Part shown: one piece after another, positions 18,979 through 25,822 of the stretch | How positions within the stretch are numbered: position 1 is the first letter of the stretch | Layout: each line of letters opens with the position of its first letter | NCBI GenBank assembly: GCA_963843575.1 | Contig: CAWJKZ010000013.1 | Location: 256,001-320,000, forward strand | Length of the DNA: 64,000 bases | Direction: 5' to 3' | Origin: an uncultured Acidobacteriota bacterium | Lineage (GTDB): Bacteria > Acidobacteriota > UBA6911 | Made by a program: the position numbers and the translations under genes | Notes under the pieces: generated by a model | Databases searched by the model: none | What the model saw: only the letters and a program-made list of their open reading frames with translations | Told to the model about the DNA's origin: nothing

Positions 18979-20932
18979 CCTCTCCATCGTCGCGGACTGC
19001 AATCTGAATTGCCCGTACTGCTTTTCACGGTCCGCCTACCGCGGGGAGGCTGCCGTGCGCAGTATGCCGGCGCGCCGTTTCGATCTCATGCTGGAAATCC
19101 TGGTTCGGTCGGGACAGGACCGGGTGCGTCTGTTGGGCGGGGAGCCCACGCTTCATGCCGAGTTCCCCTCGCTCGCGGGCCAGGTGGTTGCCCGAGGCCT
19201 CGGTTTGCTCGTCTTTTCAAACGGATCGATCCCCGAATCCTCGCTGCGGGTTCTCGAGGAAATCCCCGGCCTGAGCGTCATGGTCAACATCGCGGCGACC
19301 ATGGGGCAGAACGGCGAGTTGCCGCCGCGCCAGCGCGAGGTACTCGGACGACTGCGCGCCCGTGTGTCCCTGGCTTTCACGATCTGCTCTCCCAACCCGC
19401 CGCTCGATCGCCTGCTGAACCTGGTCGAGGAATACGGGCTGGACAAGAGCGTCTGCCTGGGCCTGGCTCACGCCTGTCTCGCCGGTGGCAACAGGTTCCT
19501 CGATCCCATGCATTATCCGCGCGTGGGCGAGCAGATCGTCCTGTTCGCCCTTCGTGCGCGCCAGGAACGGGTGGCGCTCAATTTCGACTGCGGCTTCGTG
19601 CCCTGCATGTTTCCCTCTGAGAGCCGTGAAGTACTGGGCAAAGCTTTGGAGGAGATCGGAACCCATTGCGGCCCGATCCCCGATATCCTGCCCGATGGGG
19701 ACGCCGTCGCGTGCTATCCGCTTGCCCCTCTCGGCCGGCTGCCCGTCTCGCGCGAAACCACCACCGGAGACCTGAGGAAGGCCTTCGCACCTGTTCTGGA
19801 ACCTTACCGGCAGGTGGGCATATACCGGAAGTGCTCCGCGTGTGACTGGTCGAGAGAGGGAAAGTGCGCGGGAGGCTGTCTGGCCGACGCGATGAGACGT
19901 CTGCGCCAAGGCGGGACGGTATTCCAGGTCCCGGCACCTGCCAGAGACCGGATCACCACCTCTCGCGGCGGCGACCCGACGGCTCCGGACGCCACGGATG
20001 GTTCCGAAACCACAGCACGGGCAAAGTGGGTGGTCCCCTACATCGATCAGCCCCTCTCGTTCTGGGATGAGATCGCTCAGGATTTCCGGGACGACATCAA
20101 GGAAGTCTATTTCCCCCTTCCGGGCGACCTGCTGGGTTCGGGGCGGCCTCCGCAGCCCGCACGGCATCTGGAGGATTTCCTCGCTCGCTCGCTCCTGGGC
20201 CGCTCGGTGCTGATAAACCCCATAACCCTGCCCGGGCCGGTGGGGCAGCTCGCCCCGGCCATAATCGAACGACTTCGCGAACTCACCGGGCGATTTCAGG
20301 TGTCCAGTGTTACCGTCTCGAATCCCGAACTGGCCGAGCGGATCCGCGAGGCTCTCCCCGGCCTCTCGATCACCGCATCCGTCCTGATGGACATCGCTCA
20401 TCCAAGACAGGTCCTGATGCTGCACGGCGTTCTGGATGGACTGGTGCCATCGGGCCGGATCATGCGAAATCTCCCGGCCCTGCGCGAACTCCGCGCGGCT
20501 TTTCGAGGCCGCATCCGGCTGATCGTCAACGAGTCGTGCATTCCGGATTGTCCGTATCGCACACAGCATTTTTACGAGATGGCGCGCTGCCGCGTCGTCC
20601 CTCCGGGGACGCCCTGCGCCGCGTTGCTGGAGAGGACTCCCTGGCTTCGACTCACCGGCACCTGGGTCCTGCCGCAGCACCTGCACTTCTACCGGGGGGT
20701 CTACGACGAGTTGAAACTGGCAGGAAGGGTCACGCTGCGCAACCCCGGCGACTACGTGCGTGTCCTGCGCGCGTACACCCGTGGAGATCCCCTCTCCCCG
20801 CACGAAATCGGCGGAGGTCCGGCATCGGTGCTGGACAAGATGCTTGTCAGCGAGGCTCTTTTTGCCCAGACCCTGAGTTGTTCGAAACAGTGCCACGACT
20901 GTCGGATTTGCCGTGACTACTATGATCGGTAA
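18971..20932 (+). CDS. Radical SAM/SPASM domain fused to a C-terminal U32-family (UbiU/UbiV/TrhP/RlhA-like) domain
   Basis: N-terminal CNLNCPYC, LLGGEPTLH and CSAC......CAGGC. From ~20024: EVYFP...GSGR, ITASV, LIVNESCIPDCPYR..H, LKLAGR, CxxxCxxCxxC. Confidence 0.82.
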   Translation: MTNLSIVADCNLNCPYCFSRSAYRGEAAVRSMPARRFDLMLEILVRSGQDRVRLLGGEPTLHAEFPSLAGQVVARGLGLLVFSNGSIPESSLRVLEEIPGLSVMVNIAATMGQNGELPPRQREVLGRLRARVSLAFTICSPNPPLDRLLNLVEEYGLDKSVCLGLAHACLAGGNRFLDPMHYPRVGEQIVLFALRARQERVALNFDCGFVPCMFPSESREVLGKALEEIGTHCGPIPDILPDGDAVACYPLAPLGRLPVSRETTTGDLRKAFAPVLEPYRQVGIYRKCSACDWSREGKCAGGCLADAMRRLRQGGTVFQVPAPARDRITTSRGGDPTAPDATDGSETTARAKWVVPYIDQPLSFWDEIAQDFRDDIKEVYFPLPGDLLGSGRPPQPARHLEDFLARSLLGRSVLINPITLPGPVGQLAPAIIERLRELTGRFQVSSVTVSNPELAERIREALPGLSITASVLMDIAHPRQVLMLHGVLDGLVPSGRIMRNLPALRELRAAFRGRIRLIVNESCIPDCPYRTQHFYEMARCRVVPPGTPCAALLERTPWLRLTGTWVLPQHLHFYRGVYDELKLAGRVTLRNPGDYVRVLRAYTRGDPLSPHEIGGGPASVLDKMLVSEALFAQTLSCSKQCHDCRICRDYYDR

Positions 20933-23684
20933 CCCCATGGAAGAGGCGGAGCGGATACACCCGACCCTGCCTATATTCCTGGTGAACGCGGGCGAACGCC
21001 CCGTCATATACACTCCAGGACACCTGGCCGTGATCGGTCACCGGGACGCACACATGCTCCGCCGGGCGTGGGGAAACGGCGAGCCCCCTCCGGACAACTC
21101 GGTTGCCTTCGCCGTTGTCCCGTGGATCGAGATGCGGTCTTGTGAAGCCTGGTCCGAATGGGAGCGGCTGCTGAACGAACCTTTCGCCCCGGAGTGCCTG
21201 ACCATTTATCCGGGGAATCAATGCAACCTTGCCTGCCCATATTGCTACGCGGGGGGCGCGGCCGGCCGGCAAGCGGGCCGCACGATCGCCCCGGCCGCGG
21301 TTGAGTCCGCGGCCCGGCTCGTCGCAAGGAACTGCGCCGACAAGCGCAAGGCATTTCAACTCGTTCTCCACGGCGGGGGCGAGCCGACGCTTCACTGGGA
21401 CCTGGTCGAGAGGATAGTCCTGATCACACGCCGCGTCGCGGACGAGATCGGTGCCGAGTGGCTGGGGTATATCGCGACCAATGGGGTGCTTTCGGAGACC
21501 AGGGCGATCTGGCTCGCGCGGAATTTCACGGTCGGGCTTTCGTGCGACGGTCCACCGGAAATTCAGGACCGGCAACGGCCTCTGGCGGACGGGTCCCCGT
21601 CATCCGGCGTCGTGGAACGCACGGCCCGTCTCGTCGTGGACACCGGTGGGCGCCTCGAGGTGCGCGCGACCATAACGCCGGCTGCGATTCCCCGTCAACG
21701 CGAGATAGTCGAATACCTGCACCACAAGTTGGGAACCCGGCACATGCATTTCGAGCCGCTGTACCGCGCGTGGACGGCTGGGAGCGACGGGGCGTTCTCG
21801 TTGGATGACGTCGAGCCGTTTGCAGAGCACTTCCGCGCCGCCCAGGACGCCGCCAAAAGCCTGGGGGCCGAGCTTTTCCTGTCGGGTGTGCGGGTGCACG
21901 AGATCCACGGCCCGTATTGCGATTTAATCCGGCAGGTGTTGCGGCTCACCCCAGACGGCACCGCCACCGCCTGCTTTCTCGACACCGGCGGCGATGCCGG
22001 ACCGGAACGCGCGTGCAGGATCGGTGCGATGGACGAATCCACCGGCGAGTTCCTCCTGGACCGCGAGAGGATTGCACTGCACCGAATGGCTGTCGGGCGG
22101 ATCCCGCCGGGCTGCCACGGATGCCCGAATGTTTTCCACTGTGCCCGCGACTGCCCCGAGACCTGTTACGCCCGGGCGCAGGACGAACTCGGGTCTGCCG
22201 CTGGGGACGCGCCGGGCGGCCGCCGGGGTGTTCGTTGCCGGATAGCACAGCGCCTGTTCCTTTCGTGGATCCGGGATGCGGCCTTCGGCACCCGCGCATC
22301 GTCCACCGCCGAGTCGCGGGCGCGTTTCTCCACCCACGGGTGGACCACGTTGCTGTCCCAGTTGCAGCGCGCCGCTCCACGCATCGACGCGGACGCGATC
22401 GCTAGGCAATGGAGCGCATTGGGGCGGGGATATCGGGTCGGTGAACGCCGGCCGCCCATGCCGATATGGGCGAAGAGGGGTTTCGAGGACGGGGGGCCCG
22501 AGGCATGGCGCAAATTGGACGCGCAAAACAGCAACGCAACGGAAACCGCCCCTCTCTCGATATATGTACACATTCCCTTCTGCGACCGAAGGTGCGGCTA
22601 TTGCGATTGCCGCTCCGTCCTCATGCCCCGGCGCAATAGAATCGAAGAATCGTCCTACTGTCGTGTCCTGCTGGAGGAAATCGAGGCCTGGTCGAAAAAC
22701 GAACATCTATCCAGGCGGCCAGTGACGACCGTCCACTTCGGCGGCGGCACGCCGAACTATCTCGGCTTCGATCTCTTTGACCGGATCGTCGACGAGCTGC
22801 GGAGGCGTTTCAACACCGTTCGCGAAACGGAGTGGGCGCTCGAAACCACCGGATCGCTCCTGACCCGTGCGCACCTGGCACAGCTGAAGGATGCGGGTTT
22901 CACCCGGCTCCACGTGGGGGTGCAGACGCTGGAAGACGGACTGCGCCGTGCCATTGGGAGACGACAAAGCGGAGCGGGCATACTCGAGGGAATCGCCCTG
23001 GCCATCGAAATGGGTTTCGTGTCGTCGGTCGACGTCATCTACGGTCTCCCGGGCCAGGAACTACCTGGGTTCCTTGACTCCCTGGTGCGGCTCGCCGAGA
23101 GCGGCGCCCAGGGTTTCTCGCTCTACCGGCTGAACGTCTCGGCGCGGAACCTCCGGTTCATTCAGAAACGGATGACGCGGGGACGGGATCCTCTCCACGA
23201 TTACGCCCTTCTGCAGGCCGGTGAACAGCTGTTGCGCGCATCCGGGTACCGGAAGAACCATTTCACGCACTATGCCCTGGCGGCGGACCGGAACTTGTAT
23301 TTCACGCACCCGCAACGCGGGGAAGACCTCCTGGCGCTGGGCGCGAGCGCGGACGGGTTTTTCGGCCACTATCACTACAGGCACATGGATTACAGCGGCT
23401 ACGTCGGCCCCGGGGCCGGGGTTTTTTGCAGTTTGCAGGGGGGATTGCCGGAGACCGAGCGGGAGAAGAGGATTCGACCCGTCACGGCCTCACTGATGGG
23501 AGCCGGCATCAAGGCCGACTTGCTGCGGCGGTTCGGGCTGCAGGACCTGCTCGAGGAATGGAAGGAGTCCGCCCTGCTCGAGCCGGGTTCCGATCCCGGC
23601 ACCTTTGCCCTCACAGCCAACGGCTCGTGGTTTATCGATCGGATGATCGATGACGCGGAGTCTGTCCCGGTTTCCGGGGGCTGA
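20922..23684 (+). CDS. Double radical SAM protein: SPASM-type domain fused to a HemN-like domain
   Basis: Domain 1 has CNLACPYC, HGGGEPTL and CHGC.....CARDC. Domain 2 has IYVHIPFCDRRCGYC, HFGGGTP, GVQT and DVIYGLPGQ. Confidence 0.88.
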   Translation: MIGNPMEEAERIHPTLPIFLVNAGERPVIYTPGHLAVIGHRDAHMLRRAWGNGEPPPDNSVAFAVVPWIEMRSCEAWSEWERLLNEPFAPECLTIYPGNQCNLACPYCYAGGAAGRQAGRTIAPAAVESAARLVARNCADKRKAFQLVLHGGGEPTLHWDLVERIVLITRRVADEIGAEWLGYIATNGVLSETRAIWLARNFTVGLSCDGPPEIQDRQRPLADGSPSSGVVERTARLVVDTGGRLEVRATITPAAIPRQREIVEYLHHKLGTRHMHFEPLYRAWTAGSDGAFSLDDVEPFAEHFRAAQDAAKSLGAELFLSGVRVHEIHGPYCDLIRQVLRLTPDGTATACFLDTGGDAGPERACRIGAMDESTGEFLLDRERIALHRMAVGRIPPGCHGCPNVFHCARDCPETCYARAQDELGSAAGDAPGGRRGVRCRIAQRLFLSWIRDAAFGTRASSTAESRARFSTHGWTTLLSQLQRAAPRIDADAIARQWSALGRGYRVGERRPPMPIWAKRGFEDGGPEAWRKLDAQNSNATETAPLSIYVHIPFCDRRCGYCDCRSVLMPRRNRIEESSYCRVLLEEIEAWSKNEHLSRRPVTTVHFGGGTPNYLGFDLFDRIVDELRRRFNTVRETEWALETTGSLLTRAHLAQLKDAGFTRLHVGVQTLEDGLRRAIGRRQSGAGILEGIALAIEMGFVSSVDVIYGLPGQELPGFLDSLVRLAESGAQGFSLYRLNVSARNLRFIQKRMTRGRDPLHDYALLQAGEQLLRASGYRKNHFTHYALAADRNLYFTHPQRGEDLLALGASADGFFGHYHYRHMDYSGYVGPGAGVFCSLQGGLPETEREKRIRPVTASLMGAGIKADLLRRFGLQDLLEEWKESALLEPGSDPGTFALTANGSWFIDRMIDDAESVPVSGG

Positions 23685-23717
23685 GGTGCCCGGGGACGCT
23701 CGCGCGTCGTTCGCCCG

Positions 23718-24878
23718 CTATATCGTTTCGCAGCGCACCCATTTCCCCGGATCCCGGATGGAAAGCGGCGCTGTCCTCGCCAGCCTCACTATCGTGTGCC
23801 CCGGGTGCTTGCGGCGCACTTCCGCGAGTGTATCCGGGTGGAATAAGAAGTAATCCCGCGCATCCCTGAAGGCGCAGCAACTTTCCAGCAATCCCTCGTC
23901 CAGAAATTTCTCGTGCTCGGATTGCACGACGGGCGCGAGGCTGCGGCGCCGGCCTCGCAGCTGCCTCAGCTTGCTCTGCAGCGAGCAGTCGTTTACCGAA
24001 ATGCCCAGTTCGTCGTCCTGGACCCGCCGCATCACCTCAAAGGTCAGAGCACGGCTGTCTCGGGAGATGCTGCCACGGTGGCCGTCCGGGGTGACAAAGT
24101 CCCTCCGGGGCCCGGGCAGCGCGGCCGATCTGCTGCCTGCCTCGAACATCAGTTCGTGGAGGTTCAGGAACCTCACCCCCGCCGCGCTCCAGGGCGCCAG
24201 GCAGCCGAGGAGCTTTTCCGCGTGCTCGGGTATCGCCGGGATCTCCACGGTCACATTGGGAATGAGCGAGCCCGCGGTCGCCAGGTTTCGCATGACGCCC
24301 GGGTGGTCGTACCCGGTGGCGGCCATGTTGAAGCGGATCTCGTCGATGCCGAGTTCTCCCAGATACCGGAGCTTCCCTGCATCGGCGCGGAGTCCGTTCG
24401 TGTAGACCCAGAAATATTTCTCGGGATAGCGGGTCTTGAACCAGGCGACCCAGTCGAACAGCCCCTCCGGGTCCGCCAACGGCTCGCCGCCGGAAAAGCT
24501 GATCCCGGTAATACGGGTGCGGGCGTGATTTCCCGCGATCTGTTCGGGGGTCTCGCCGAATGCCGAACCGCGGTAGTCCTTCCGGAGATCCCGCGGGCTG
24601 CAACAGAAGGGACACTCGAGGTTGCAGCTTGTGCTCGTGAATATGCAGTCCCAGGTGCCTTCTTTGCAGGCCTCGCACCCGGGCGACAGCTCGCCCACGT
24701 GAAGGGTCTCCCCCTGCGCCGCGATCCGAACTCCAGGGATGTCCCTGGCGGCTCCGGCCACCTGTTCGTCCCAGGTCTGCCGAAGATCGTCGAAGCCGGT
24801 TTTATCGTGATTCCGAGAATGCAGCTGCCGCTGCACGGTCTCCAGAAACGGGGGCGAAGTTCTATCCTGGATCGACAT
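23718..24878 (-). CDS. Radical SAM protein (non-SPASM) with additional N-terminal CxxC
   Basis: LSPGCEAC..G...C.F....CNLECPFCC, FSGGEPL, YTNG, DEIRFN, VEIPAIP, NLHEL. Confidence 0.88.
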   Translation of the reverse strand: MSIQDRTSPPFLETVQRQLHSRNHDKTGFDDLRQTWDEQVAGAARDIPGVRIAAQGETLHVGELSPGCEACKEGTWDCIFTSTSCNLECPFCCSPRDLRKDYRGSAFGETPEQIAGNHARTRITGISFSGGEPLADPEGLFDWVAWFKTRYPEKYFWVYTNGLRADAGKLRYLGELGIDEIRFNMAATGYDHPGVMRNLATAGSLIPNVTVEIPAIPEHAEKLLGCLAPWSAAGVRFLNLHELMFEAGSRSAALPGPRRDFVTPDGHRGSISRDSRALTFEVMRRVQDDELGISVNDCSLQSKLRQLRGRRRSLAPVVQSEHEKFLDEGLLESCCAFRDARDYFLFHPDTLAEVRRKHPGHTIVRLARTAPLSIRDPGKWVRCETI

Positions 24879-24973
24879 AGGACGCGTGGTTCACCGGTAT
24901 GGGTCCCAGGAGTGCCGATGGGCCGGGCGCCCGCCACCTGCCGCAGCCCTGGTCTCCGGACGGCTTGCAGTCC

Positions 24974-25408
24974 TCAGGCTGGGTGATTGGACAGAGCGGC
25001 CCGCGCGCCGGTTTTCGCGAGGCTGTAGCAGGGGGTCATGCGGGCGATCTTCAGGTATCCCTGGCTTACCAGTGCCTCGACAAACTCGGTTACGTCGGCG
25101 GCGACAACCTCGTGTCCGAGGCTGAAATGCCGGCAGAGGATTTCCGCCACCCCATGGCAGTTCCTCCTGCCGTCGATCGCGTGCCAGATCGCGGCACCCG
25201 CTTCGTTCAGCGAGATGGACTCGCCCGAGCAGCTGGTGAGCACGGTCTCCCCTGCGACAACGGTGATGCGGACCTTGCCCGCGTGCACCGGCACCGGCGA
25301 TTTCTCCACCGGCAGAGGTCTTTCCCCGGCCGTCGCAGTTCGCGGTGCGGACAAAGCGGATCCGGCGGCGGACATCATTGCTGAAACGATGAAATGTCTG
25401 CGATTCAT
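24974..25408 (-). CDS. PqqD-family RRE protein with putative Tat signal peptide
   Basis: LNEAGAAIWHAIDG.....VAEILCRHF......DVTEFVEALVSQGYL PqqD pattern; N-terminus MNRRHFIV plus hydrophobic stretch; GAGG SD. Confidence 0.82.
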   Translation of the reverse strand: MNRRHFIVSAMMSAAGSALSAPRTATAGERPLPVEKSPVPVHAGKVRITVVAGETVLTSCSGESISLNEAGAAIWHAIDGRRNCHGVAEILCRHFSLGHEVVAADVTEFVEALVSQGYLKIARMTPCYSLAKTGARAALSNHPA

Positions 25409-25450
25409 GATCGGTGCCTCGCGAGCAAGTCCGGATCCCAGGATTCGCTC

Positions 25451-25777
25451 CTAGTTGGGATACCAGTAATGAGAATCCGACCCGCAACCGACGTACGAAA
25501 CGCACGAGCATTCCGTGTCGCAGGTGCAGACCTGGTTGCAAGTGCAGACCTGGTTGCACGTGCAGGTGGTTTCGCCCACCGCGTGACAGGCGCAGACGGA
25601 GTCACAGCAGCACTGGCCCGAGGCCTCCTGTGCCGGCGTCGGGGCGGCCTGGCGTTTGAACCCCGGTTTCTGATAACTTTCCTGCCCCCCGAGCTTAACC
25701 AGTCGGTAAAGTTGCGGCTCTTCCCCGCCCGGTTCCGGGGTGCGCTTCAGTCGGAACCGATTGTTTTTTTCTTCCAT
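25451..25777 (-). CDS. Putative RiPP precursor, 108 aa, Cys-rich CxC-repeat core with HYWYPN C-terminus
   Basis: GAAGG SD; hydrophilic Cys-free 55-aa leader; 14 Cys in the last 53 aa; directly upstream of an RRE and a radical SAM gene. Confidence 0.82.
   Translation of the reverse strand: MEEKNNRFRLKRTPEPGGEEPQLYRLVKLGGQESYQKPGFKRQAAPTPAQEASGQCCCDSVCACHAVGETTCTCNQVCTCNQVCTCDTECSCVSYVGCGSDSHYWYPN
25524..25565. repeat. 18-bp tandem repeat encoding CTCNQV units of the precursor
   Basis: GTGCAGACCTGGTTGCAA GTGCAGACCTGGTTGCAC GTGCAG. Confidence 0.9.
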
Positions 25778-25822
25778 GGAATGACCTTCGTATGAATTCC
25801 GTCCGCCGATTGGCGACACGAC

